From NCBI GenBank assembly GCA_965153285.1, contig OZ229121.1: a stretch of DNA of 64,000 nucleotides; one strand, 5' to 3'. The position numbers and the translations under genes are program-made. Below, in pieces: positions 24,601-38,400 of this stretch (position 1 is the stretch's first letter; each line of letters starts with the position of its first letter). The stretch is from Podarcis tiliguerta. Taxonomy: Eukaryota. Below the pieces are notes generated by a model. That model searched no databases and was not told where the DNA came from. It saw nothing but the letters and a program-made list of their open reading frames with translations.

Positions 24601-27600
24601 CTCTTTAAAGTTACTAAATTTCACTTCTTCAAACTTTCTCAAAGTGCCATTCTCCAAAATGTACCTTATCCAACCTGGATCACTCAGTCCAAATGTGGCA
24701 CTACTTTTCCAAATCTGTCCTTTAAGCTCTTTACTCTCATAGTCCATTTTTTGTCCATCAATTTGAGGCTCTATTACTGTAATTTCCACAGACGGTTTCT
24801 CTTGCAAAGACAGAGGCTGTTCTGTTTGATCCATATTCTTCTCAGATATCCATCCTTGTTGAGTTAATTCTGTTTCTTGAGCCGGGTTTGCTAATTTTTT
24901 TGCTTGTTGAGCCAAGCTGTGTACGTTTTCCTTCAAATCAGAAATACCAAATTCCAGAATAGACAGGTTTTTTTGAAATTGTTCAAACAGAGCTGTTATT
25001 TTTTCTGCCATATTCCCAAGCCTGTTCTTTCAATGTTATCTTGCTGTCAAGGTCAGTTACTGAATTCAGTCTGCAGGATTGCAGCCTGTGTAGGGGATTT
25101 CCATCCAAAAGTATAACAATATGACAATCCAAAATACATTTCTGTAGCAGTCCACAACAGTCTGTTACAGTTTCCTTTAGTTGTTTTTCATCCACCTTTC
25201 AATAACATATAGTTCAGCTCCCTTTTTCCTTTCCAAAAAAAAAAAGAGACAAGAAAATTCAATTCTCCCTTAATCCGTTCCTTCTTAATAGTTATTTTCT
25301 AGTTGTAAGAATTCTTTTTCTCCTTTTGGCAGCCCGGTCCCGGGCTCGAGGCGGTAAAAAATAAAGTCAAATTACACTGCTCTGAAGGCTATAAACTGTT
25401 GAAACAATCTCCCCCTCTTCCCCTGCTTCCGAGGGGGGGTTTAAAGGGCTTAGGTGACAGATTTATTTCTTTACAAAGTGCTTTTTAAAGGCTCAAGTTT
25501 TCTCACTTTTGCCTTGATCTTTCTACAAAGTGGAAGGTGGGCTTCCTGTTTTAACCTTCCATCTGATGCCGAATTCCAGTAATTTGTAATCCAATTTCCA
25601 TTACTTACAAAAGTTTCTTTGATCCAAATGTCCACAGGAAAAGTTGGCGCTTCCTGACAGCAGCTGTGCGGCTTCACTCCCCGAAAGCAGCGATCGATCC
25701 GAAGTGCCGCGCCGCTCACCCCACGTCCCTCCGGAGCCCCGAAACCGGGTCTCCCCGCGAGTAGGGGAGGCGCTGATGGCACAAGGTGGATCCCAAGCCC
25801 ACGGTCTTCCTCCGACCGTGGTTTTTTGCGGGTCTCCGCCTCGCCGTAGGCGGTCAGACCCTTCCTTTCGGTGAGCAGTCCCCTCCGAGACGGAGGAAAT
25901 CCGCCATTTGCCAGGCGCGCTCAACCCGGAAGCCCTTATCAGCTCTTTTGGGCCATTGATGGTTCTGCCAAAGATGCAGGTGCTCCCTGGCTTGGGCTTG
26001 TTCAACTCTGCCTTCCCTCAGGTCACACAAGTTTACGTAGCCCCAGGGAAAGTGAGAAAGGAGCCACTCCACCAGTTTCTTTTCATCCATTGGAAATTCT
26101 GTCAGGAGCCAGTGGCAGCTGCTTCCTAACCTGGGCTTGCTTGCTTGGATTACATATGATTGGGGAGGGACTGTATCTTAGTGATAGATCATCTGATTTG
26201 CATGAGGGAGGTCCCAGGTCCTCCATATCTCCAGGTAGGACTGGGAGACATCCCTGACTGAAACCCTGGAGATTACAGCCTGGCTGTGTTGACAGTACTC
26301 AGTTAGGAGGACCAGTGGTTTGGCTTAGGCACCCCCTATGTTCCTGAGTGTCAGATCTCCTTAGCTGCTGTACATCATATTCTTATAACTTCTCCTCCCC
26401 CGCCCCTTTATTATTTTTGCATTTTCATTGGCTAGGCTAAGAAGATTGTACTGCTTTGGAATGTAGGATTGTCCCTCCACTTTTTTTTCAGGCTGCACTG
26501 CCAGTGCACAATTTAACAGCTTGATACACACAAATTAGCACACACACTGGCAGAATGTGGTTCTCCAGCTTCAGAAAAACCACCTGCCTGCCTGAAGTTT
26601 AGTTGTACTAGGCAACTGCTGAGTGTGAGTAGGAGCAAGAGAGATGTTATCTCAGTACAGTCGTACCTTGGAATTCGAAAGGCTTAGTCGCCGAACGTTT
26701 TGGCTCCCGAACAATCGCAATACGGAAGTGAGTGTTCTGGTTTTACAATGATTTTTGGAAGTCGAATGTCTGGTGTGGCTTCCCCGGCTTCCAATTGGCT
26801 TAAGGAAGCTCCTGCAGCCAATCATAAGCCATAGGTACGACTGTACTATGTATGTCTACCCAGAATTAAGTCCCACTGAATTAAGTTCAAGAGTGATGAT
26901 GTCACAACCCCACTGCCCTTCTCCACAAAAAGATCGCCCATCATGGGGATGAAGGCTGATTCTGTTTCATATCTGGTCCGGAACCCAGACTGAAAAGGCC
27001 AAGAAAATCAGTTCTCTCCAAGAGCATCCAAACTACTACTAAACCTCTCATGCACCTTGCCCCTCAAAGGACCACTGGTGCTTTACCAGCTACTTTATGT
27101 GAAATCATAAGACAGTACCTTTAAAAATGCAGTGTCTTGCATACTTGCATTTTAGCTCATGCCCCCCCCCCAAATAATGCTGTTATCATCACCACTGAAC
27201 CAACTCCCCCCCACCCCTAGGGAAATATATATCCATGGTTCTAGGTGCTCTTTTCATATTTTACTTTTAAAATGTTTTATCGGTGTAACCAAACTGTTTT
27301 GTTTTTAGTTGAATGTGAACAGGAATAAAGCATGGACTAGAAAAGGGGGGTGTGGTGGTGGTGGTGGGGAGTCCTTGTAAGTTTCAAAACTGAAATAATG
27401 TATCTGTCTAAAGCAGGAGGGTCCTCATTAAGATCACTGAAGTTGCTTAGCTGGACTGCTTGTTCTGTGAATTAATGTTATTCACATGTTTATATACCTC
27501 TTCAAAATCTTTTGATGAAGGGTAGCTGAGAAATATTTGAAATCAAATAAATAAAAATATGCTTTCTTTTGCAGAAAATGAATTTACAAGAATTGAAAAT

Positions 27601-29392
27601 GGCTGGATTTTGTATAATGAGAGCGAGTACTATTTCAGCAATGCGAGTTCATCTGCAGAAAGAGCGTGGGAATTCTGCAAGAAGCAACATGCAGATCTTG
27701 TGGTCATTGAAAGTGAAAGTGAAAGACGGTTTTTGTGGAAATACGTAAGAAATATATGGAACATATGCTTTCTTAATCAAATATAGCTGGGTTTTAAAAA
27801 GAGCCAGATACATTGTTTGATAATAGCCATTTTGTTGCCTGACGAACATTTTCTTCTGCATGGTGTCACCGAAGCTTGCAGAGATAATTAGTGCAATCCT
27901 ATGCATGTCTGTGGAAAAGTAAGTCTCTTGACTTCAATGGGTCTTACTTTCAAATAAGTCTGTAGAAGATTGCAGCCTAAAAGACCTAATTGATCCTTTG
28001 TAAACGCTTCCATTGTAAAACAAGGCACTGATGGGGAAGTGAGACTTGCCAAATAGAAATCTACATACATTCCACTCACCATCACCCCATCCCCCAAATA
28101 ATTGTTACAATTTAGGCATGATTCACAGCCACAGCAATATGATGATAATAGTTTCCATGTGATCAGGGGTCCACACAGGTATGGAAATAGGATTCCTGAA
28201 TGGGCTGACCAGGTTGTGTGATAAATGCCAAATCTAGTACTAGACTTTCCAGGCATTGCTTGTGCTGCCAATTATCTCAATCCATCCAACCACATGGGAA
28301 GAAATTTAACAGGAAGTGAGGTACAGTGCCCATCAAACAGTTTCTGATTATGCTCCTCTTGTTAGGTCTCACAAGAAGTTATATTTTCCATTCCTGTTGG
28401 AGCTGGCATTTTCTGGGGCTATATTGAACTACTTTCCAGCACACTGGGTTCTTTCAAAACTTAAAAATAGTTGTTTCAGTATTTATTTTTGTGACTAAGC
28501 ATGTAATTTTAATTCCACCAAAGTTGAAAATGCCATGCAGAAATCGTTTTCTAAGAAACTTGATGGTTCTGGTAATAGGCAACATTCCCAAATGTTTGGG
28601 AAGAGCAGAAACTTCTCAATAGATTCTATGGGGCCTCTCATGAAAGCATGGTGGGCTTATCACTCAGAGTTTCACCTTCTGTCTTCACCTGCCCAACCAC
28701 CCTTTCTACCTTTCTCTTCACCCATTATGAAAACTTCTTCTAGCCCCTTCTTATCCCTTCCCTCTTCTAGTTGGTTAAATGTTTAGTTAAAGGTAAAGGT
28801 AAAGGTACCCCTGCCCGTACGGGCCAGTCTTGACAGACTCTAGGGTTGTGCGCCCATCTCACTCAAAGAGGCCGAGGGCCAGCGCTGTCCGAAGACACTT
28901 CTGGGTCACGTGGCCAGCGTGACATCGCTGCTCTGGTGAGCCAGAGCTGCACACGGAAACGCCGTTTACCTTCCCGCTAGTAAGCAGTCCCTATTTATCT
29001 ACTTGCCCCCGGGAGTGCTTTCGAACTGCTAGGTTGGCAGGCGCTGGGACCGAACAACGGGAGCGCACCCCGCCGCGGGGATTCGAACCGCCGACCTTTC
29101 GATCGGCAAGCCCTAGGCGCTGAGGCTTTAACCCACAGCGCCACCCGCGTCCCTTAATGTTTAGATGGTTGGTGGTTATTTTAATTTGGGTATAACTGTA
29201 AACTGCTTATTATTGCTGCTGCTGCTGGTGGTGGTGGTGGTGGTTTCTATTGATTTGTTGGTTGGTTTGTGGCTCATGTAGGATATTTTGTTTTCCAATG
29301 TTTGATGCTTTGTTGTGATTTTATATCTGTTGTAAGCCTCCCAGAGTGCCTAGGGAAACCCAGCAAGATGGGCAGAATATAAATTTAAAAAC

Positions 29393-29423
<31 letters not shown>

Positions 29424-32400
29424 TAGTGCTTTCCTCTTTATTTTCTCCTTTTATTTCATTTGTTACTTTTCCTCTTCTTTGTCTTCACTAAGAATTGCAA
29501 ATTCACTAAATGAACCATTTAAACACTGTGCTATATTATGGCCTGGAAGCTGGTGGAGTGGGGTGCAATGTTACTGAGTTATATAGAAAATAGAAATCTT
29601 CAAATAACCAGCTAAAATGGAAACATTTTTTTAAAAAACTTTCTTCTGTGCTTACCCTCGTTGTAACTGGCAGGTTTTAATTTGTTTTAATTGAAAAGCT
29701 TTAATTTTATTTTTAAACAGCATGGACATGCTATGTTCGTAATTACAAACCTCTTTCTGTCTTGCCTGATTCTGCACTTCCTATGGGACAGCTGAATTAT
29801 CTTGCCCTGGAGAATATGTGATTGCTTTATTGTTGCATTGACTTCCCATTTCTCTTTGTATGTTGTAGAATCAGCTTTATCGCAGTCATTATGACCATTA
29901 TATTGGTTTAACTGTGGATTTTGAAAAAAATTACCGGTAAGTAAACACAAGTAAACAAACAAACAAACAAAAAGTGGAAATCAGATTTTTAGTTCTTGTG
30001 CCCAAAATAGCAGTTGCCATTTTCATCACTTTCAGAACCTTCCTTTGCCAAGAAGGGACGCGGGTAGCACTGTGGTCTAAACCACTGAGCCTCTTGGACT
30101 TGCTGAGTGGAAGGTTGCTTTAATATCATCTCAATCTTTAAAGATAATGATTGTTTTCGGAGCCATTTTGGCTCCATTATTTCAGCAATACTGCTGGATA
30201 TATTTAATGTTGTGTCCTCAAAAAGAAAATCTGACAGTGCTGTCTGATAGAACACTAAGGTCAACAGCTAAACTGCTTTATTAGCTTGGTGTTCTTTGGC
30301 CACGGAGCTCCAAAAAAACCTGAAAACCGTTGTAAAAATATGCAGTATAAATGAAAAAGCAATGACTTTGTTCTGTCCAATACTGTCATATCATTTCCTC
30401 TAGCTGGTTGAATGGAACTCCAGTTACCTATGAAGCCTGGGCACCCAATGAACCCAACTTTTCAAACGAGGATGAAAATTGTGTCGTCATGTATTATAGA
30501 ACAGGCAAGTAGAACAAAATATTATCATTCTTTTAAAAAAATCTGAGAATGTGTGTGCCTGATAGTGGCACAAAAATTAATTTATATATAGTTAACTACT
30601 ACACACTGAACCTTTAGTCATGATAACTATTCGGTCTGTATATACACTGAAGGCCATTACCTTGCTTTGAACACAACATATTGCAGTTATTAATATTGCT
30701 CATTTTGAAGCAAGAGGGTGAATATAAACTGGCTCTTCTTGAAATAAAAAAAAAATCCAAATCCAAAAATATGATTCAAAATCTTTACTAACAGAACTTG
30801 TTCCAAAAACAAACATAAAACAAATAATGTAACACCCAGATAGTTGCACAATATTGTGTGCTGCCCCACCCACCCCGCACCCTCTGGCTACACGCATGTG
30901 ATCCAATGTGGAGTATGGAGAAACAGGCTGCCAGTTGAATGGGGAAGACGTCAAGTGGGTGACGTCCAAAAAATCAAGGCAGCTGCAAATCCACACTAAA
31001 CTACCATGTGGATGGGCGTTATATTTGTATCACATAAGCAAGTGTATACAACAAAAGAGATTTGGGGAGATGCTATACAGACATATACCAAATTTTTCGC
31101 CCTATAGGGTGCACTGGCCCATAGGGCGCGCCTCATTTTTTGGGGGGGAAATGAATAAAAAAAAAATTATTCCCCCCCCCCCCAGCCACGGGGCTGGGGA
31201 AGCCGGAGCTTCCCCCGACCCCAGCCCCCAGAACAGGCTGCTATCCGCAAGCCTTGCGAGCCCGCGGGAACTCCCCCGGGGCGCGCAAGGCTTGCGGACA
31301 CCTGCTCGAAGCACAGGGCACCCTCCGGAGGGCGCCCTGTGCTTCGGGCTCCAGGCTGCTGCCCGCAAGCCTTGCAAGCCAGCGGGACCTCCCGCCGGGT
31401 GCGCAAGGCTTGCAGACACCTGCCTAAAGCATGGGGCATCCTCCGGAGGCCGCCCCGTGCTTCGGGCTGCAGGCTGCTGCCCGCAAGCCTTGCGCGCCTG
31501 GCGGGACCTTCCGCCGTGCGCGCAAGGCTTGCGGATAGCTTCCTGAAGCGTGGAGAGCTAGAGGGGTCAGTGCGCACCGACGCCTCTCGCTCTCCAGGCT
31601 TCAGCGAAAGCCTGCATTCGCCCCATAGGACGTACACACATTTCCCCTTCATTTTTGGAGGGGGGAAGTGCATCCTATAGGGTGAAAAATACGGTACATT
31701 AAAGATTGCTTATTTTTAATAACATTGGAACTGTAAGCAGTTCAAATTGCGAAAAACTGCTTACAGTATTTTATTTTATTGTTACATTTCTCCATAAGCC
31801 CCACTGTCTTCCAACATGGAACTTATGCAACATACAGTTCATGGACAGCCTCCCTTTGAAGCACATTGAGCAGACTGAAACCAGCTTAAGTTCAGAAAAG
31901 TTATTGTACTATGTGCCTTCAGATTGTGTACTGGCATAATTGGTATATATACCACAACAATCAAGGGCAGTGTGTTGACCTGCAAGCTCTATTTCCAGTA
32001 CAGTAGTAATAGTAGTTGCTGTCAAGTCTTTATTTGTAATGCATCCTTGAACGGATGTTGATTATTTTTCATTTGGGAGTGATTTAATCTTACTGATCAA
32101 CACAAAACTTCTCTATTCAGGCTTATGGAATGACATAAACTGTGGTGCTGAGAACAGATTCATCTGTGAAAGGGATAAGAGTTCTGTCCGTTCAGCTGCT
32201 GCTCCCACAACGCCTGCACCTGTTGGAGGCTGTGCAGATGGCTGGCTTTTCTTTGATAAAAAGGTAACTAAGAAAGTGATTTCCAATATACTGGTATATT
32301 ACCCCTTTTCAGTTATTATAGCACATACAGTGAATGTTTTCCCAGGGCTTTTGAATATGCAGTGATTGCTCTCCATTTCCACAGTTCTATGCAAGGGCTC

Positions 32401-35400
32401 GTTATAGAGGTTAAAATGAATGTGCACCTAGCTCAGGGGTTAAACCTCCCATCATGATTACACATCTCTCCCCGCCACCCCGCCTCCGCCGCCCCATGTC
32501 TATAAGGACTGAAAAGGACTGCTGTGCTGCAAAATAGAAGTGCCAGATTTTAAAATAAGAGGTGGTGTTTTTAAAGTTTGGTTATGTATCAGCTACCCAA
32601 AAGAGCAGTAAAATGGTATTCAAACTAAATTTTCAGAATTTGGTTATGTTAATTTTTATTAAATGACACTCTTAGCGGGAAACAGGTTATATTCTTCTCA
32701 AAGAGAAGCTCAAATGCTTCCCTCCTATACTGCTCTTACAATTTGAAAAGTGTAGGCGTTCTTTCATCTGACGCAGGCAATCTCATCTTGTTGCATAGCA
32801 GAGCTGGCTGTAGAAAAAACAATACCAAAACATTTAAAAGGCAATGACATCATCCAAAGCATCAAATTAAAAGCAATAAAATGCAGTTTTCAATCATTAG
32901 TTTTCTGACATTTATTTCTAAAAGAAAGTGGATATCACAGCTCTTTATTTTTCTTCACAGTGCTTCAAACTATTAGGTTTGAATGAAGAAGAGAGGAAAA
33001 ACTGGCACGAAGCACGACTTGATTGCAAAGAATCCGGAGGAAATCTGGCTAGCATACCAAACAAAGAAACACAAGGTGCGGTCATTGCCTTTAAAACATG
33101 TTGTTATAGGCTTAATGTTTTGCAAGTTCAGGAGCCTGGGTTCAAATTACTTTCATGCCAGACACACTGTTACAGGTGGCTCCTTGCCACTCTGGTAACT
33201 TGAGAAACTGCAGGACACATGGAGGAGCTGCTAACCAGGAAAGTGCAACAATAAAACAATGAATAGGGTGATAATGCAATGACCACTGCAATAGACACAA
33301 GATAATATCAACAAGGCAACTATCTGCAAACAAACAATAAACATCCATAAACCTCTGGTAAAATCCTGGCCTTGCTTCTTCTGTCATTGTTTAGTCGTTT
33401 AGTCGTGTCCGACTCTTCGTGACCCCATGGACCAGAGCACGCCAGGCACTTCTGTCTTCCACTGCCTCCCGCAGTTTGGTCAAACTCATGCTGGTAGCTA
33501 CAAGAACACTGTCCAACCATCTAGTCCTCTGTTGTCCCCTTCTCCTTGTGCCCTCCATCTTTCCCAACATCAGGGTCTTTTCTAGGGAGTCTTCTCTTCT
33601 CATGAAGTGGCCAAAATATTGGAGCCTCAGCTTCAGGATCTGTCCTTCTTCTATGATCTTCCAATTCAGCTCTAGACCCTTCCTAAGCTGAAAGCTTTTT
33701 GTAGTAATTTTGGCCTATTGTTGCATTTTCTAGGTGCAGAAGGGCTTGTGCTGGATTAGTTGCTCCTTTTTGTTACCTTAAGGCAGGGTGTCTGGAATCT
33801 GATGGACTAAAACTCCTGTTAGCTCCAGCAAACATAGCAAATGGACAGGAATGGTGGCAGATGCAGTCAATAATACCTGAGGGGCACTGTGGTGGAAACC
33901 CCTGAATTAATCAAACTTTATAGGTTTTTTATATACAAAATATATCAGTTCATGGTATTGATTACTTATTGGTGATGGTGGTGAAATCCACCATGGTGAA
34001 ATTTTTATGTTTTAGTCATTTTTTGTTTTTGTTTTTGTTTTTGTTTTTTAGCATTCCTTATGGTGCAATTACAAAGTGCTGCAACTGACCCTTGGACTGG
34101 ACTGAATGATTGTAGTTCTAGTTACAGATTTGTATGGACAAGTGGAAGTGGAGTCTACTTTACAAACTGGGCCCCAACTTTTCCCAATTACAATGTAAGT
34201 CCTGCCTGCAAAGGCTTTCATCTCTCCCCCTCCCCCAAGATGAGAAATGTATCCTATATTCTATTCCTGGAACGCCTTCTCAGCATTAGCACCCCATTTA
34301 TATATATCTCTCTTCTGCCCCCCACCTACTTTGAGGGGCATCTACTTAGTTTATCTTTTAGTGCTGAAGTATTAAAATAGGCAGGGACGTGGGTGGTGCT
34401 GTGGTCTAAACCACTGAGCCTCTTGGGCTTGCCGATCAGAAGGTCGTTGGTTCGAATCCCCGCGACAGGGTGAGCTCCCGTTGCTCGGTCCCTGTTCCTG
34501 CCCACCTAGCAGTTCGAAAGCACCTCAAAGTACAAGTAGATAAATAGATACTGCTCTGGTGGGAAGGTAAACGGCGTTTCCATGCACTGCTCTGGTTCGC
34601 CAGAAGCGGCTTAGTCATGCTGGCCACATGACCCGGAAGCTGTAGGCCGGTTCCCATGGCCAGTAAAGCAAGATGAGCGCCACAACCCCAGAGTCGTCCG
34701 CAACTGGACCTAATGGTCAGGGGTACCTTTACATTTTTATCAAAAGTAGGCAGTAGAGTTGTAAACAGATTCTGAAGAGCCTCTGTAGAAGTTGGTGTGA
34801 AACAACTTATATGCCAAATAAGGCCTGTTGCTTTAACTGTGTCAATTAAATTCGGTCTGGAGGATTGGAAACTTCCCCTCAGCTCTCTCTGGACATTTTT
34901 ATTCTGTTTGCATTCTGCCAGTGGATGAATGATTTGAAGATAATCTGCCAATGTTTAGTTTCCTAGTTAGAGTTAACACCTTCCTCCCCAAAACCCACTG
35001 AAGCATTGCCATTCGTTTCAATTGTACATTCCCTACTGAGTTGGGGAATTCAGACATTCTGAAGGGCATCTCACCCATTTCCATACACACTTTCCTTGAT
35101 CTTCAGACCGGTAGGTGCTGCCACATCTTTCTCAAATAGCAATCACTTATATTAGGTGTTACAAGTATTCAGAAGCATGCTGAGAAAGTTGCAAGAATCT
35201 GAGGTGGCTTTTAATGTAGCATTTAAAATATTGTCCTGTCAGTGTGCTGGTGGGATGAGTTATTAGAATACCATCCACTGTCTAGGTAGAGTTACTGCTC
35301 TACTTTGATGCTCACACCTGACAACCCTTTCCTTAAAAAGCTGTGGTCAATCTTCTGCCAAGGCTACGCCCACATGCCAATCGCCTGGTGTCATTAGAGC

Positions 35401-38400
35401 AGGAAGAAAGGAGGATGGACTTCTGAAGCACTACATGTTGAAATCCTGGCAATCAGCTGACCTTCAAGTACCTTGACTCCAGATGTCATTGTGGCATCAG
35501 GTGATTAACCAGCTGCCGCCCCCCCCCCCGCTACATTTAAACTCTACATTTAAGCCTGGCTGCTATTTTATTTTTTCCCCCAAGACTAGTTTTCAGGAAG
35601 TGTCCTGAATCCTCACTCTGATACATGGACTCCTTCTTGTGGAGGAGCTTGTGCGGAAATTTATCACACTGGGTACTCAGTGGTAATGTACTATTTCTGC
35701 CAAGACTTGAACTTAAAGGTGAGGTGGATGAATTGTCCGGCAGGAAGAGCGTTTCAAGCCAAGCTGCTTGTTGGAAACAGTATTGTATCAGGAAGAGTCA
35801 GGCATCATGTGAGCAGTTTTATATCCGGCCCTGCTGACTACCCTACTTCCTGTAAACTTCAACAGGGCCCTCATCCAGAGCATGCATCATTAAAAGATGC
35901 CTACCCCTGAGTAGGGTGCAGAGATGGGAGGCCTTGTGTTGCCAGACATGCAGTGCACCTTTAGCCTAGGGTTTGATGTGGTCTTGGCACCATCTGATCC
36001 TGGAATCACACAAGCAATTGTGTAGTCTGGATTGTGTTGAGTTGTATGATCTATTAGCTTTCATCAGGTATCGTGAATTCACAGGCACCCTTAATTGCAG
36101 CAATCTCAGGGTGTTTGCTGGACTCCACTAACTCCCTTTGATCCCAGGATACAATGGGGCCAGCCCCTCCTTAGATATTTAATTCAGTGGTGGAGGCTGT
36201 TTCTTGGCTGGGTTGGGCAAGACAGTGATGAGAAGTGATGAGTGATGAGAGCTATCAGTGATGAGAACTATCCATCTGCAAACTTATTTCTAAAAAGATA
36301 GGATACTGTTTTCATCTAGTTTGAGAAGTACAAAAGGAGGGCTCTTAAGAAAAATCTATGACAAAAGGATTGCCCCCTTCACAACGTAAGTGTTTTTATT
36401 CCTTAGGGAGACTGTGTTTTTATTATGCGTGAGCCTCTACCGAAGGCAGGGAAGTGGAGAAACGGACCATGTTCTGACAGGAAAAGCTACATCTGCCAAA
36501 GAAACACTGGTACATTTTAACTTTATTGATTACAGATGTCTGCAAGTTGATTATTGATTACAGGTGTAAGCAGTTTTTGGCGTAGGCATTGGATATGTAT
36601 CCTGAATCAACCAGTCAGACTGCTGATTTTTTTCTTTTTGGCTTGGTCGAACTTCAATTAAGGTTCACCCTATGACAGGCACCCCCAAACACGGCCCTCC
36701 AGATGTTTTGGGATTACAATTCCCATTACCCCTGACCACTGGTCCTGTTAGCTAGGGATAATGGGGATTGTAGTCCCAAAACATTTGGAGGGTCGAGTTT
36801 TGGGGTGCCTGCCCTATGATGTACAGTACATCAAACAGAGTGATCCATCAGCCCCACCACTCGGGACAGGTGTCATGGCCCATCAGCCCCCATCTGGCCA
36901 CCATCCCCCCTTTATTGGGGTACCAAATCTTTTTAGCAGGAGGGTGTGGGATCCCCAACACTGCCCCCGCCAGGCTAAGGATCCAACCCAATGCTTTACC
37001 CACCATAAAGTTGTGACAGTTGGTGACCACTGCCACGAGTTAGGCAGAAACCTCTAGACGGCCCAGTTCATCAGCAATAAAAATTCCTACGTAGCGCCAA
37101 ATAGAATGATGGAGAATATCCATAGCTGGATCTTGAGCATGGCCTGCCCACTTACATCCAGGCAGGACCGGAGGCTGATACCTAGGGAATAAGGGTGCGG
37201 GATCTAGTGGCAAACAAGCCAGGAACCACAATTGTGGCGCCCCTTTATGAATGACATGGCCATACCCACTAGCCTGCCTGTCATAGTCCCATTAAACAGA
37301 CAGGCTCCCACCAACTCGCATGACCACAGGAGGAGGATTTTGTCCCCCAACGGATGTGCGGGACAGGAAGAAGGTGCCCAGCTCAGCTGTGGTCGCCCCA
37401 GGCCACAAACCATCACCCCCAGGGGACTTAAGGTAAGTGGGAAATCTGCCAAAGAAACACTGGTATGTTTTTAGAAGAAAAGTAACAGAAAATTCACCCA
37501 GTGCTATACCAGCTGCACTGGCTCCCGGTGGAGTACAGGATCAGGTTTAAGGTGCTGGTTTTAACCTTTAAAACGCTATACGGCTTAGGACCCTCGTACC
37601 TACGGGACCGCCTCTCCTGGTATGTCCCACAGAGGAACTTACGGTCTTCAAATAAAAACATCCTGAAGGTCCCAGGCCACAGAGAGGTTAGGCTGGCCCT
37701 GTCACAAGAGACAAGGGCCCTTCAGGACTTGACATCTTTCCACAGGACCTGCAAGACAGAGCTGTTCCACCAGGCCTTTGGTCAGGGCGCAGCCTGACTC
37801 CTCCTTTGGCAATCTTCACAGAACTTTAGCTTAATGGTTGCCATCAATTTGATTTTCATTAATTTTTATAATGAAATGTTTTTAGAATGTTGCACTATTT
37901 TATTGTTGTTAGCCGCCCTTAGCCCGGCTTCAGCTGGGGAGGGCGGGATATAAATAAAAATTTATTATTATTAAAATAATATGTAAATCAGATTGACTTA
38001 TGGAGACCAAAGGCAGTTTTCTATGTCATATCATTTTGTTCATAAATAAAAATTAGATGGCCACCTGTCTTTGTATTAGAGATTCAACACTGAGCCGTAT
38101 AAAGAAAAAGTGCAGTTGTGACAACTATATCTTATAGGTGCATAGAAATGAACTCTTATGAGAGAGAGCCTCAGATGTGCACCTGCTGAGATATAACTTG
38201 GCTTTTCACCCCTGAAATAGGACTGAAAGAGACATAAGTTGAGTTCTATTTCTGTGTCATAATATCTAACCATATTCAACATGACAGGATTCTTCCATAA
38301 TCTGTGCAAGTTCATTTGACCAGAAGAACAGAACTCCATGTGTACAGCTGTCCTCCTAAGTGTATTTCTTGAACCCACCCTGAATTATTATAGGAAGCTA

